64,000 nt of DNA from Deferribacterales bacterium (GCA_050253075.1 JBFWJS010000007.1:96001-160000), one strand, 5' to 3'; positions 48,620 through 59,630 are shown, counted from the stretch's first letter. The notes: generated by a model not told the origin, from the sequence alone. Numbers and translations: made by a program.

Positions 48620-49237
48620 ATGAAATTAGATTCAATAGTTGTCGGCCCGCTGGGCGTCAATTGCTATATAGTTTCCGAAAACGGTAAGGCGGTTATAGTC
48701 GACCCGGGCGGACACGGTGACAACATCATAAAATTCCTTGAAAAAGAAGGGCTGGAGCCTGTTGCAGTTGTGAACACCCACGGGCATTTTGACCACATAG
48801 GTGCCGTGGCTCAGATTGTTTCCAAATACGATATCCCTTTCATGCTGCATAAGAAAGACGAGTTCCTCTGTTCCCACGGGGCAGAGACATCTGCGATGTT
48901 CGGCTTTGGACAGACAGAGAACCCTGTAGTGACAGGATATATCGAAGACGGACAGACTGTCAGCCTCGGCGGTATAGACATTACAGTCATCCACACCCCC
49001 GGGCATACCCCAGGCGGAGTGTCTCTATACATCAAAGAACTTGCGTCTGTGCTGACGGGCGATACGCTCTTTCTTGAGTCTGTTGGCCGTTCGGACTTCC
49101 CGTATGCAGATACGGCTCAGCTCATGAACAGTATAAGGACAGGGCTCTTCACTCTGGACGAGGATACAAAGGTTTATCCCGGGCACGGGCCTTCTAGCAG
49201 TATAGGACACGAAAAGAGCTATAATCCATTTCTTTAA
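48620..49237 (+). CDS. MBL-fold hydrolase (glyoxalase II-like)
   Basis: THGHFDHIG, TPGHTPG, GDTLF, PGHG. Confidence 0.92.
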   Translation: MKLDSIVVGPLGVNCYIVSENGKAVIVDPGGHGDNIIKFLEKEGLEPVAVVNTHGHFDHIGAVAQIVSKYDIPFMLHKKDEFLCSHGAETSAMFGFGQTENPVVTGYIEDGQTVSLGGIDITVIHTPGHTPGGVSLYIKELASVLTGDTLFLESVGRSDFPYADTAQLMNSIRTGLFTLDEDTKVYPGHGPSSSIGHEKSYNPFL

Positions 49238-49306
49238 TCACAGCAGTGGATTAAAGATGAATTTGGCATATTGACTTATGCCTCTTTTCCTACTAGTATA
49301 TTTCAA

Positions 49307-49894
49307 ATGAACAAAATCCTCGTGGATACCTCAGGTAAAGGTCTTTCTGCTACATTGTGCGACGGTGACGGCAATATTCTTGCATCCGTTTGTATAAGGC
49401 TGGAAAACCGCATGAGTGAGAAGATAATGTCTGTTATGGACTTCATATTCAAAACAGCAGATATCAGACCGCAGGATATAGATAAATATTATATTGTTAC
49501 CGGACCCGGGTCATTCACCGGCATCAGGATAGGTGTCGGCAGTCTGCTCGGGTTTTGTTTGTCGAGCGGTAAAAAACTCGAGGGTATAAGCTCGCTTGAT
49601 GCTGCGGCCATCGTATCCGGCATGGATAGGGTGAAGACAGCCGTGAAGCTGAGAGGGCGTTTATACGGCTATAGAGAGTATGATTTCACGGCAGGGGCTT
49701 ACTCAGATTATCTCACAGATAAATTTGACGATGTTTCAGATTTTCACGTCATTAATTCGGGCGTGGAATGGTCCGACCTGTCCAAAGCCGTGCTTTCAGA
49801 TAAATTCGACAGATTTATAACAGATTATTCGCCGAAATATATGCGTGCGAGTGAGGCGGAAATAAACTTTGATAAGAGATGCAAAGCCTGCTGA
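49307..49894 (+). CDS. tsaB: t6A biosynthesis protein TsaB
   Basis: DTS, GPGSFTGIRIG, ISSLDA, P.YMRASEAE. Confidence 0.9.
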   Translation: MNKILVDTSGKGLSATLCDGDGNILASVCIRLENRMSEKIMSVMDFIFKTADIRPQDIDKYYIVTGPGSFTGIRIGVGSLLGFCLSSGKKLEGISSLDAAAIVSGMDRVKTAVKLRGRLYGYREYDFTAGAYSDYLTDKFDDVSDFHVINSGVEWSDLSKAVLSDKFDRFITDYSPKYMRASEAEINFDKRCKAC

Positions 49895-50294
49895 TATAGC
49901 CGCTGTGGTAGAGATCGAGGCTGAGTGTTTCGGCAGACCATGGTCGGAATCATCGTTTATGTCCGAGCTGGATAAAGACAATTGCGACTTTCTAGTCTAT
50001 GAAATAGACGGACAGGTAGCGGGGTATATAATTTTCTGGTATATTCTAGATGAGGCTGAGATAGGCAATGTTGCAGTCTCCGGCAGTCATAGAAGAAAAG
50101 GTATAGCCTGCAATCTTTTAGATGAATGTATTTCGAAGCACCCCGAAGTTGGGAATATCTATTTGGAAGTAGATAAAACTAACACGGGGGCTATTTGTCT
50201 ATACAGTAAATACGGGTTTCAAAACTCGGGCTATATAAAAGACTATTATGGTAAAGGAAAGGATGCTCTCAGAATGACTCTGACCATCCGCTAA
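49869..50294 (+). CDS. rimI: Ribosomal protein S18 alanine N-acetyltransferase
   Basis: PWS, EAEIGNVAV, RRKGIA, LEV, YY..G.DA. Confidence 0.9.
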   Translation: MIRDAKPADIAAVVEIEAECFGRPWSESSFMSELDKDNCDFLVYEIDGQVAGYIIFWYILDEAEIGNVAVSGSHRRKGIACNLLDECISKHPEVGNIYLEVDKTNTGAICLYSKYGFQNSGYIKDYYGKGKDALRMTLTIR

Positions 50295-50315
50295 CTATTT
50301 TGAGGGGTATAAGCA

Positions 50316-50546
50316 ATGCTTAAGGTTGAAAATGAAGTAGTCGAGAAAATGATTGAGCAGAACACAGATTTCAAAGAGCTGTTTGAAGCACACGTAAACT
50401 TTGAACAGGATCTGGAAGCACTCTACAGCCTTAAATATTTTCCGCCGGAAGTGGAAGCAAAAATTAAAGAGATAAAGGTTATGAAACTGAGAGGAAAGGA
50501 CAGGATGGAACTGCTCCTCTCTCAGTATAAAGCACAAAACTCATAA
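50316..50546 (+). CDS. DUF465/YdcH-like coiled-coil protein
   Basis: F..L...H....., K..KL..KD; GAGGGG SD. Confidence 0.75.
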   Translation: MLKVENEVVEKMIEQNTDFKELFEAHVNFEQDLEALYSLKYFPPEVEAKIKEIKVMKLRGKDRMELLLSQYKAQNS

Positions 50547-50562
50547 AGTAGGTGAATATACA

Positions 50563-51702
50563 ATGAATAGCAAAAATTACCTGTTCACATCAGAGTCCGT
50601 GAGTGAAGGGCATCCTGATAAGATAGCAGACCAGATATCTGATGCAGTGCTTGACGCAATGCTGAAGGACGATCCGCTCAGCAGAGTGGCTTGTGAGACA
50701 ATGGTAACGACAGGTCTTGTAGTTGTAGCGGGTGAAGTAACAACTAATACATACGTAGAAATACCGGAAATAGTACGTAACACAGTACGCGAGATAGGTT
50801 ATTCCGATTCATCCCACGGTTTCGACTGTGACACATGCGGCGTTATGGTGACACTTGATAAGCAGTCTCCTGATATCGCTATGGGCGTGGATGTCGGCGG
50901 TGCAGGCGATCAGGGGCTTATGTTCGGATTCGCATGTTCTGAAACAGAGGAGCTTATGCCTCTGCCTATCACACTTTCACATAAACTGACACGTAAGATG
51001 GCCGAGCTCCGCAAAAGCGGCGAGCTTCCTTACCTCCGCCCAGACTGTAAGTCTCAGGTGACAGTGGAATACGACGGCTTTAAGCCTGTACGTGTGGACA
51101 CTGTCGTGATCAGCTCACAGCACGCAGAGGAAGTCGGTCTCGACCAGCTTAAGCAGGACGTTATCAACAAGGTCGTAAAGGAAGTTATACCTACTGACCT
51201 TATTACAGAAGACATAAAATATCATATCAACCCTACAGGCAGATTCGTTATCGGCGGTCCTATGGGCGACTGTGGTCTTACAGGGCGTAAGATCATCGTG
51301 GATACATACGGCGGTATGGGACGTCACGGCGGCGGCGCATTCAGCGGTAAAGACCCGTCGAAGGTTGACCGTTCCGCAGCTTATGCAGCCAGATGGGTAG
51401 CTAAAAACATCGTGGCAGCAGGTCTCGCTCAGAGGTGCGAGCTTCAGGTTGCTTACGCTATCGGCGTTGTAGACCCTGTCAGCGTTATGGTAAACACATT
51501 CGGCACTGCGACAGTGGACGAGGCTAAGATAGAAAAGGCAGTGAGAGAAGTATTTGACCTCACACCGAAAGGCATCATGGATGCCCTCGACCTCCGCAGA
51601 CCAATTTATAAAGCAACTGCTGCTTACGGACACTTCGGACGCAGCGAGTTCCCTTGGGAACAGATCAATAAGGTATCAGACCTTAAGTCAGCAATCGGCT
51701 GA
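50563..51702 (+). CDS. metK: Methionine adenosyltransferase
   Basis: [26 protein letters not shown]. Confidence 0.98.
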   Translation: MNSKNYLFTSESVSEGHPDKIADQISDAVLDAMLKDDPLSRVACETMVTTGLVVVAGEVTTNTYVEIPEIVRNTVREIGYSDSSHGFDCDTCGVMVTLDKQSPDIAMGVDVGGAGDQGLMFGFACSETEELMPLPITLSHKLTRKMAELRKSGELPYLRPDCKSQVTVEYDGFKPVRVDTVVISSQHAEEVGLDQLKQDVINKVVKEVIPTDLITEDIKYHINPTGRFVIGGPMGDCGLTGRKIIVDTYGGMGRHGGGAFSGKDPSKVDRSAAYAARWVAKNIVAAGLAQRCELQVAYAIGVVDPVSVMVNTFGTATVDEAKIEKAVREVFDLTPKGIMDALDLRRPIYKATAAYGHFGRSEFPWEQINKVSDLKSAIG

Positions 51703-51721
51703 TATAAAAATAAACAATTAG

Positions 51722-51754
51722 AAGCACCCATAGTGTGAGCTGTGGGTGCTTTTT
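51722..51754 (+). terminator. Terminator-like hairpin between metK and ahcY
   Basis: AAGCACCCATAG-TGTGAG-CTGTGGGTGCTT then TTT. Confidence 0.75.
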
Positions 51755-51775
51755 GTACTTTTGGGGAGTAGATCA

Positions 51776-53185
51776 ATGACAGCAAAAGACTATAAAGTAG
51801 CAGACATAAGCCTTGCGGACTTCGGACGCAAAGAGATATCAATAGCAGAGCACGAGATGCCCGGTCTTATGGCGACCAGAGCGAAATACGCTAAGGAACA
51901 GCCTCTGAAAGGCGTGCGCATTATGGGCTCACTTCACATGACAATCCAGACTGCAGTTCTGATAGAGACACTTGTCGCACTCGGTGCCGATGTCAGATGG
52001 TGCAGCTGTAATATATTCTCCACACAGGACCACGCAGCGGCAGCTATCGCAGCTTCAGGCGTGCCTGTATTCGCTTGGAAGGGCGAAACACTTGAAGAAT
52101 ACTGGTGGTGTACAGAGCAGGCTCTCGCATTCCCTGGCGGAAAGGGACCTCAGCTCATCGTAGACGACGGCGGTGATGCCACTATGATGATACACACAGG
52201 TGTGGCAGCAGAGAAAGATCCTTCTATCCTTAACAAAAAGCCCGGCAGCACGGAAGAGGGCGTTTTCCTCGCTCAGCTTAAAGCAATACTGGCAGCAACA
52301 CCTACAAGATGGACAGAGACCATAAAAGAGCTGAAAGGTGTTTCCGAAGAGACCACAACAGGCGTTCACAGGCTTTATCATATGATGGAGAAAGGCGAGC
52401 TCCTTATCCCTGCTATAAACGTTAACGACTCTGTCACAAAGTCTAAATTCGACAACCTTTACGGATGCCGTGAGTCCCTCGTGGACGGTATCAAGCGTGC
52501 AACAGACGTTATGATAGCGGGTAAAGTCGCATGTGTGTGCGGTTACGGCGACGTGGGTAAAGGATGCGCAGAATCCCTCAGAGGACTCGGCGCCATCGTT
52601 AAAGTCACAGAGATAGACCCTATATGTGCTCTTCAGGCTGCGATGGCAGGATACAGCGTTGTAACAGTGGAAGATACTCTGGGCGAAGCGGACATTTATG
52701 TCACCACAACAGGTAACAAAGACATCATCCGCATCGAACACATGGAAAAAATGAAAGATCAGGCTATCGTTTGTAATATCGGTCACTTCGACAACGAGAT
52801 CGAAGTGGAGAAGCTGAACGCTTTCCCTAACATCGTTAAGACAAACATCAAGCCTCAGGTAGATAAATACACATTCCCTGACGGTCACGAGATATTCATG
52901 CTCGCAGAAGGCCGCCTTGTAAACCTCGGCTGTGCCACAGGCCACCCTTCGTTTGTAATGAGTAACTCATTCACAAACCAGACCCTCGCACAGATAGACC
53001 TCTGGAAGAACAAAGATGTCTATAAACCGGGCGTATACGTACTGAGCAAAAAGCTCGACGAAGAAGTTGCGAGACTGCACCTTCAGAAGATCGGCGCAAA
53101 GCTCACAACACTCAGAAATGACCAGGCAGACTACATCGGTGTACCTGTCGAAGGTCCTTACAAACCCGATCATTATAGGTATTAA
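51776..53185 (+). CDS. ahcY: Adenosylhomocysteinase
   Basis: [42 protein letters not shown] 51776. Confidence 0.98.
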   Translation: MTAKDYKVADISLADFGRKEISIAEHEMPGLMATRAKYAKEQPLKGVRIMGSLHMTIQTAVLIETLVALGADVRWCSCNIFSTQDHAAAAIAASGVPVFAWKGETLEEYWWCTEQALAFPGGKGPQLIVDDGGDATMMIHTGVAAEKDPSILNKKPGSTEEGVFLAQLKAILAATPTRWTETIKELKGVSEETTTGVHRLYHMMEKGELLIPAINVNDSVTKSKFDNLYGCRESLVDGIKRATDVMIAGKVACVCGYGDVGKGCAESLRGLGAIVKVTEIDPICALQAAMAGYSVVTVEDTLGEADIYVTTTGNKDIIRIEHMEKMKDQAIVCNIGHFDNEIEVEKLNAFPNIVKTNIKPQVDKYTFPDGHEIFMLAEGRLVNLGCATGHPSFVMSNSFTNQTLAQIDLWKNKDVYKPGVYVLSKKLDEEVARLHLQKIGAKLTTLRNDQADYIGVPVEGPYKPDHYRY

Positions 53186-53196
53186 GTAAGTCTGCA

Positions 53197-54555
53197 ATGA
53201 AGTACGACGTTTTAGTTATAGGCGCAGGTCCTGCAGGTATAGAAGCGGCTAAAAAGCTGACTGAAGGCGGAAAGAAGGTTTTGCTCGTCGATAAAAACAT
53301 CGGCGGAAACTACTGCACTGGCGGAAGTGTTATATCAAATACACTCCTCCACGTGAGCCACCTTTACGAACGCTTTGTAAATAAAACCTCAAACTTTGTA
53401 AATACTGACTGCGACCATCCGGTCCGCTTTGACTTTAAAAAAGCGAGAAAGCATGTCGAAGGCGTATCCGGCAAAGTTATAAAAGGATTTATAGAAGACC
53501 TTACATCCTGCGGTGTGGAGATACTCGCCGGTTTTGCCGAATTCACAGGCAAGAACAGCGTGAGTGTCAAAACCGAGGGCGGTGTTCAGGAGATTGAGTT
53601 TGAAAAGGCTGTCATAGCCACAGGCTCTAACAACATGAGCACTAATGTGCCGTCCACTAAGAAACTCCTTGATACTACTAATATATTTGACCTTGAAGAG
53701 ACACCGAAGAGTGTCATCGTGGTCGGAGGCGGATTCATCGGTACTGAGTATGCCACATTCTTTAAAAGGATAGGCTGTACAGTAACTCTGGTTGAAAAGA
53801 GCGACCGTATCCTCAGCTCCATCGACCCGCAGGTAGTAAAAGAATTCGAAGATCAATTCAAAAAGAGCGGTGTGGAGATACTGAAAGGTGTGTCCGTTGA
53901 CCGTATCGAAAAAGTCGGTAACAAGACCATCATCTTCCTCAACAACGATGAAAAGATCGAAGGGGAAGAGGTGTTTGTCTCTATCGGACGTGCTCCGAAC
54001 ATCACCAAACTTCAGCCTGCGAAGGCGGATATAAAGTTTGATGAAAGGGGCTATCCGGTACTGACAAAGAAACTGCGCACATCAAACAAAGATATATACA
54101 TGGTAGGCGATGCCACAGGGATGAACATGTTCGTGAACTGGGCATACATGTCTGCCGATATCGCATCAGGCGACATCCTCGAAAAGAAGAGAAACATATC
54201 ACCGGACCTCTGCCCGCGTATACTGAAGCTCGACCCTGAGATCGCCTCCGTCGGACTTTCCGAAGAGGCTGCCAAAGAGGCAGGGCTTGATTTTAAAGTT
54301 GTGAGACACAGCTTTAAAAACTTTGAGAGGTCTGTCGTTCAAGGGACCGTAAAAGGCTTTATAAAGCTCCTTTACGAGCCTGAGAGCAAGAAGATAATAG
54401 GTTGTCATGCTGTGGGAAGCGGTGCTTCTGACCTTGTTTCCACATTCTCTATGATGATACAGGCAAAGATGCCTCTTACAAAGATAGAGGAGTTCGTATT
54501 CAATCATCCGACCTTCTCAAACATCCTCTGCGACATAGCAGGAAAGATAAAATGA
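53197..54555 (+). CDS. Class I pyridine nucleotide-disulfide oxidoreductase-like flavoprotein lacking the canonical disulfide
   Basis: GAGPAG, ATGS, GGGFIG, GD, PEIASVG, HPT; GGNYCTGGSVIS in place of GGxCxxxGCxPS. Confidence 0.8.
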   Translation: MKYDVLVIGAGPAGIEAAKKLTEGGKKVLLVDKNIGGNYCTGGSVISNTLLHVSHLYERFVNKTSNFVNTDCDHPVRFDFKKARKHVEGVSGKVIKGFIEDLTSCGVEILAGFAEFTGKNSVSVKTEGGVQEIEFEKAVIATGSNNMSTNVPSTKKLLDTTNIFDLEETPKSVIVVGGGFIGTEYATFFKRIGCTVTLVEKSDRILSSIDPQVVKEFEDQFKKSGVEILKGVSVDRIEKVGNKTIIFLNNDEKIEGEEVFVSIGRAPNITKLQPAKADIKFDERGYPVLTKKLRTSNKDIYMVGDATGMNMFVNWAYMSADIASGDILEKKRNISPDLCPRILKLDPEIASVGLSEEAAKEAGLDFKVVRHSFKNFERSVVQGTVKGFIKLLYEPESKKIIGCHAVGSGASDLVSTFSMMIQAKMPLTKIEEFVFNHPTFSNILCDIAGKIK

Positions 54556-55277
54556 TAATTTTCTACGCTTTATACAGTGTGTTTGTGTGGTTTGTAGTGA
54601 TATTCCTCACGGTGTTCCTTGTGACACTGGGGCTGTTCCCGCTGATGGTGGGTAAAAACGCATACCTGACCCTTGCCCGCATCTGGGCAAAGGGGATAAT
54701 GCTCTCATGCTGTGCCTCTACAAAGATAGAAGGCATGGAGAAGCTCGACCCTGATAAAAACTATGTCTTTATGGGGAACCATCAGAGCTATGCCGATATA
54801 TTTTTCCTCTTATCTATTATGGATAAAAGATTCCTCTTCATGGCGAAAGAGGAGCTTTTCAAAATACCTGTGTTCGGATTTGCCATTAAGTCCATCGGGC
54901 TTATCCCTATCAACAGAGGCGAGAGCCGTGATGCTCTGAAAAGCCTCTTTGAAGCGGCGAGGAAGATTCAGGAGGGGTACTCCGTACTCCTTTTCCCTGA
55001 GGGGACACGCTCCGCAGACGGCGAGATGCTCCCTTTTAAAAGAGGCGCATTCACCCTTGCCGTGCGTACGGGGCATAATATTGCTCCTTTCATGCTGGAG
55101 GGGACTATGGATGTTCTGCCTAAGGGGAGCTTCATATTCAAGCCGTTCCGCAAGATACGCATAAGATTCTTAGACACTGTCAGCCCCGAAGGGCTTAAGG
55201 ACAGAGAACTTCTCGACATGATCAGGGAGAGAATGGAGCATGAGCAGAAAGAACTCCGTGATTCTAGGGCTGGGTAG
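54552..55277 (+). CDS. plsC: 1-acyl-sn-glycerol-3-phosphate acyltransferase
   Basis: NHQSYAD, FPEGTRS. Confidence 0.92.
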   Translation: MIIFYALYSVFVWFVVIFLTVFLVTLGLFPLMVGKNAYLTLARIWAKGIMLSCCASTKIEGMEKLDPDKNYVFMGNHQSYADIFFLLSIMDKRFLFMAKEELFKIPVFGFAIKSIGLIPINRGESRDALKSLFEAARKIQEGYSVLLFPEGTRSADGEMLPFKRGAFTLAVRTGHNIAPFMLEGTMDVLPKGSFIFKPFRKIRIRFLDTVSPEGLKDRELLDMIRERMEHEQKELRDSRAG

Positions 55278-55743
55278 CAACCTCGGCAGTAAATCACGAA
55301 ATATCTGTGATGCGGTAAGGCTCATCGGCGGTTTCTGCGATATTATCAGTGTTTCACCGGTTTATAAGACAGAATCGCTTCTGAAAGATGATCAGGACTC
55401 ATATTTTAACGCATGCCTGACGGCAGAGACCAATCTGCCCCCGCAGGAACTCCTGCACTGCATCAAAACTGTCGAAAAGAGGCTGGGGCGAACCGTTACG
55501 GGCAGATGGTATACCCGTGTGATGGACATAGATATCATAGACTATAACGGCGAGCCGTTCGAAAGCGGCGACCTCATTATTCCGCATCCTCAGATGGAGA
55601 ACAGGAGCTTTGTTCTTTACCCGCTAATGGACATATGTCCGCAGTATACACATCCTGTAAGTTGCCGAAGTGTCTCAGATATGGTAAAAATACTTAAAGA
55701 CGACCTCGGTATTATCAAACTCGGAGAATTGGTATGGCGGTGA
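55240..55743 (+). CDS. folK: 6-hydroxymethyl-7,8-dihydropterin pyrophosphokinase
   Basis: LGLGSNLG, R.MDIDII, PHP.M.NRSFVL.PL. Confidence 0.95.
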   Translation: MSRKNSVILGLGSNLGSKSRNICDAVRLIGGFCDIISVSPVYKTESLLKDDQDSYFNACLTAETNLPPQELLHCIKTVEKRLGRTVTGRWYTRVMDIDIIDYNGEPFESGDLIIPHPQMENRSFVLYPLMDICPQYTHPVSCRSVSDMVKILKDDLGIIKLGELVWR

Positions 55744-56432
55744 TAACGATATCCAGACAGTACGGCTGCGGAGGCGAATATGTCGCCGAAAGAGCTGCCG
55801 AACTGCTTAAATTCAGGCTTTTCAATAAAGAACTGGTAAGATTTGCGGCGATACTCACGGGCTCAGACGAAGAGAAAGTGAAGATGTTCGACGAGGAACA
55901 GCACTCAAACATGCGTTCCTTCATGTCTAAATACTTCGACATGAACATGTTCACCGACCTTTTCAAAAACACTGACTACAGCCCGAGGACTATGCGCCAG
56001 ATGATGTCTCAGGAGCATGAGGCATTCTTCGACGTTTACAGCAGAGAAGACAACATCACCGATGCAAACTCATTCCACGAGATGCTCCGCAGGATAATAA
56101 ACAAGGCAGCAGACGAGATGAACGCCGTGATCCTCGGCAGGGGCGGTGTATGCATACTGGAAGACCACGAACAGGTGCTCCACTTCAGGCTCGTCGCCAC
56201 TATGGAAGACCGCATAAAGTGGGTTACCATGCGTGAGGAGCTCACAGAAAAAGAGGCCGAGGAAAAGATCAAAGATACCGACAACAGAAAGCGTAAATAT
56301 TTCAAACATTACTTCGGCAGAAGCATAGATGACCACTGGATGTATCACGGGATATTAAACCTGTCAAAACTCGATCTGCAGGAGGCCACCGAGGCAATTG
56401 TCGAGATAGCTAAAATTAAATTTGAATTATAG
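55734..56432 (+). CDS. Cytidylate-kinase-like family protein
   Basis: VITISRQYGCGG, VILGRGG, D..R..Y. Confidence 0.85.
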   Translation: MAVITISRQYGCGGEYVAERAAELLKFRLFNKELVRFAAILTGSDEEKVKMFDEEQHSNMRSFMSKYFDMNMFTDLFKNTDYSPRTMRQMMSQEHEAFFDVYSREDNITDANSFHEMLRRIINKAADEMNAVILGRGGVCILEDHEQVLHFRLVATMEDRIKWVTMREELTEKEAEEKIKDTDNRKRKYFKHYFGRSIDDHWMYHGILNLSKLDLQEATEAIVEIAKIKFEL

Positions 56433-56494
56433 CTATTGGCTGTTGACTACAGTGCCGAAATAGCATATTACTTGAGTTTTGGAGGACAATCTCA

Positions 56495-57757
56495 GTGTAT
56501 AAAAAGGTCAAAGGATTCAGAGATATATACGGTCTGGAATCCCGATACTGGCAGAAAGTTGAAAAAATCTTCAAAGAAACCTTCCGTTCCTTTAATTATC
56601 AGGAGTTTTACTTACCTGTTTTAGAGAAAGTAGAGGTCTTCGACAGGGGTATCGGAGCTTCCACAGATATAGTTGAAAAAGAGATGTTCGCATTCGAAGA
56701 CAGAGACGGCACAAACGTCGCTCTCCGCCCCGAAGGTACGGCATCCATAGTCAGGGCATATGTAGAGAACAAACTCTATAATCCGCCCGCTACATCCAAG
56801 TATTACTACATCGGCCCGATGTTCCGCCGTGAACGCCCTCAGAAGGGACGTTTCAGACAATTCACACAGGCGGGGATAGAGGTTTTCGGCTCCGGCGGAC
56901 CTGCCATAGACGCAGATGTCATATATATACTTTACAAACTGGCATGCAACCTCGGCATAGAGGACTTTGTCTCTATGGAGATAAATTCCATAGGATGCCC
57001 CGTTTGCAGACCTGCATATAACGAAAAGCTGATAGCATTCTTCGAGTCTAATAAAGAGCACCTCTGCGAGGACTGTCTCCGCAGACTCGGTAAGAACCCT
57101 ATGCGCATCCTCGACTGTAAAAACGAGGGATGCAAGGCTATCACAAAGGATGCACCCGTTGCCCTTGATCACCTCTGCGGTGACTGCGAGGAGCACTTTA
57201 AAGGGGTCAGGGAATACCTCGACACCCTCGGCATGCCTTACAATGTGAACCCTATGATGGTTCGCGGTCTCGACTATTACGTGCGCACTGCTTTCGAGCT
57301 GGTGACAGACAAGCTCGGCTCGCAGTCGGCAGTAGGGGCAGGGGGACGTTACGACGGCCTTATCCAGCTTCTTGGCGGACCGGATGTCCCGGGGATAGGC
57401 TTTGCCACAGGCATAGACAGGATGGTGGCTCTCGCCATGCTGAAAGAGACAGAAAAGGAGAATGAAATAGATGCCTTTGTGGTATCATTTGCAGATATAT
57501 CAGACAAAGCAGCCGTGAAGCTCGTGAATGACATGCGCGGAGCGGGCATCAGTGCTGATATGGACTATGACTTTAAAAAGATGAAAAAACAGTTTTCACT
57601 GGCGGATAAGAACGGAGCACGCTTCACCATTATCCTCGGCGAGGACGAAATGAATAAAAACGCTGCCGCCGTTAAGGATATGGAATCGGGCGAGCAGGTT
57701 GAAGTATCACTTGATCAAATCATTAATCACATATCCGATAAACTCAGGAGGAACTAA
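56495..57757 (+). CDS. hisS: Histidine--tRNA ligase
   Basis: LRPEGTA, FRRERPQKGR, VRGLDYY, GGRYD. Confidence 0.98.
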   Translation: MYKKVKGFRDIYGLESRYWQKVEKIFKETFRSFNYQEFYLPVLEKVEVFDRGIGASTDIVEKEMFAFEDRDGTNVALRPEGTASIVRAYVENKLYNPPATSKYYYIGPMFRRERPQKGRFRQFTQAGIEVFGSGGPAIDADVIYILYKLACNLGIEDFVSMEINSIGCPVCRPAYNEKLIAFFESNKEHLCEDCLRRLGKNPMRILDCKNEGCKAITKDAPVALDHLCGDCEEHFKGVREYLDTLGMPYNVNPMMVRGLDYYVRTAFELVTDKLGSQSAVGAGGRYDGLIQLLGGPDVPGIGFATGIDRMVALAMLKETEKENEIDAFVVSFADISDKAAVKLVNDMRGAGISADMDYDFKKMKKQFSLADKNGARFTIILGEDEMNKNAAAVKDMESGEQVEVSLDQIINHISDKLRRN

Positions 57758-57758
57758 A

Positions 57759-59549
57759 TTGCTTTCACACATGGGCGATTGGCGCAGATCACACACATGC
57801 GTACAACTTACAGCTAAAAATATCGGCGAAGAAGTCTGCCTTATGGGCTGGGTTCAGAGACGCAGAGACCACGGCGGAGTAATATTCGTAGACCTTAGAG
57901 ACAGAGAGGGACTGACACAGGTTGTCATGAGCCCTGAATATAATAAAGACGTGCATGCTGTTGCTGACAGCATCAGAAACGAATTTGTAATCGCTATCAA
58001 AGGTAAGGTCGGCATGAGACCTGAAGGCACTATCAACACAAAACTCCCTACGGGAGAGGTTGAAGTGATGGTAGACGAGCTTAAGATACTTAACGCAGCT
58101 CAGACACCTCCTTTCATGATAGACGACTATACAAACGCAAACGAGGACATCAGACTGAAATACAGATACCTCGACCTGCGTAGAAAGAGAATCCAGAGCA
58201 ACCTCATAACACGCCACAACATCGTGCGTACAATGAGAGAATACCTCTACGGCAAAGGCTTCCTCGATATCGAGACACCTTTCCTTACCAAAAGCACACC
58301 GGAAGGCGCAAGAGACTATCTCGTTCCTTCACGTGTTAACCCGGGCAAGTGCTATGCGCTGCCTCAGTCTCCTCAGATGTTTAAACAGCTTCTGATGGTG
58401 GGTGGATACGACAAATACTTCCAGATCGTGAAATGCTTCCGTGATGAAGACCTCAGAGCTGACCGTCAGCCTGAATTCACACAGCTCGATATGGAAATGT
58501 CTTTCATCGACCGTGAGGACCTTATGGACCTTATCGAAGGTATGTTCATACAGATATTTAAAAATATCAAAGGTATAGAGCTTACCCCAGGATTCCCTAG
58601 AATGTCCTATGACGACGCTATGGAAAAATACGGACACGATGCTCCGGATACCAGATTCGATATGTTCCTTAAAACAATTAATGAACTTGTTGCAGATTGC
58701 GGTTTCAAAGTATTTAGAGAAGTGGTTGCCGAAGGCGGCGTGGTTAAAGCTATCAACGCCAAAGGCGCAGGCGAGAAGATGTCCCGTAAGGATATCGACG
58801 AGCTCACAGAGCTTGCTACCAGCCTCGGTGCAGGTGGACTCGCATACATTAAGGTGAATGAAGACGGCTTACAGTCTCCGATAGTTAAGTTTTTAGGAGA
58901 TTCAGCCGATAGTATTGTTAGTGCTATGGATGGACAGCCCGGAGACATCATATTCTTCGGCGCAGGCAAGAAAGAGACAGTTAACCTCTATATGTCTAAA
59001 GTAAGACTGAAGCTCGGAAGAGACCTCGGCCTTCTCGACGGAGAGAAATACTCTTTCACATGGGTTCTCGATTTCCCTCTGCTCGACTACGATGCAGAAG
59101 ATAAGAGATACGTGGCTATGCACCACCCGTTCACAGCGCCGCTTGACGAAGATATTCCGCTGTTTGACACAGACCCCGGTCAGATGAGAGCAAAGGCTTA
59201 TGACCTTGTGCTTAACGGTTCTGAAATAGGCGGGGGCTCCATAAGGATACACCGCAGTGACGTACAGGAGAAAATGTTCAACTCTCTCGGATTTTCCGAA
59301 GAAGAGCGTGAGTATAAGTTCGGCTTCTTCATCGAAGCGCTCAGATACGGAACACCTCCTCACGGCGGTATCGCATTCGGAGTAGACAGGATTTCCACTA
59401 TCCTCACAGGCTCTGACTCTATCAGGGACGTAATTGCCTTCCCTAAAACTCAGAAGGCGACTGATATGATGTCCGATGCACCGAGCAAGGTGGATGATAA
59501 ACAGCTCAAAGAACTGTTTATGAAGTTCGAAGTCGTTGAAAATGATTGA
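57759..59549 (+). CDS. aspS: Aspartate--tRNA ligase (likely non-discriminating)
   Basis: RRRDHGG, LPQSPQ, FRDEDLRADRQPEFTQ, PPHGG; TTG 57759 behind AGGAGG. Confidence 0.97.
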   Translation: MLSHMGDWRRSHTCVQLTAKNIGEEVCLMGWVQRRRDHGGVIFVDLRDREGLTQVVMSPEYNKDVHAVADSIRNEFVIAIKGKVGMRPEGTINTKLPTGEVEVMVDELKILNAAQTPPFMIDDYTNANEDIRLKYRYLDLRRKRIQSNLITRHNIVRTMREYLYGKGFLDIETPFLTKSTPEGARDYLVPSRVNPGKCYALPQSPQMFKQLLMVGGYDKYFQIVKCFRDEDLRADRQPEFTQLDMEMSFIDREDLMDLIEGMFIQIFKNIKGIELTPGFPRMSYDDAMEKYGHDAPDTRFDMFLKTINELVADCGFKVFREVVAEGGVVKAINAKGAGEKMSRKDIDELTELATSLGAGGLAYIKVNEDGLQSPIVKFLGDSADSIVSAMDGQPGDIIFFGAGKKETVNLYMSKVRLKLGRDLGLLDGEKYSFTWVLDFPLLDYDAEDKRYVAMHHPFTAPLDEDIPLFDTDPGQMRAKAYDLVLNGSEIGGGSIRIHRSDVQEKMFNSLGFSEEEREYKFGFFIEALRYGTPPHGGIAFGVDRISTILTGSDSIRDVIAFPKTQKATDMMSDAPSKVDDKQLKELFMKFEVVEND

Positions 59550-59552
59550 TAT

Positions 59553-59580
59553 TTGACAACTTCTGAATTTGACATATAAT
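59553..59580 (+). promoter_or_regulatory. Consensus sigma70 promoter of the LysM lipoprotein gene
   Basis: TTGACA-N16-TATAAT. Confidence 0.75.
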
Positions 59581-59630
59581 AAATGTTATGTTAGCATTTA
59601 AGTAATACTAGAAACTTAAGGGAGGATTCC

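Noticed and set aside
50295..51775. SAM or SAH riboswitch before metK or ahcY
   Set aside because: Spacers are short and lack the consensus elements I would expect.
59569..59596. dif-like site TTGACATATAA-TAAATG-TTATGTTAGCA
   Set aside because: XerD arm matches only 8 of 11 and the XerC arm is poor; it coincides with a consensus promoter. Whole-genome GC skew would settle it.
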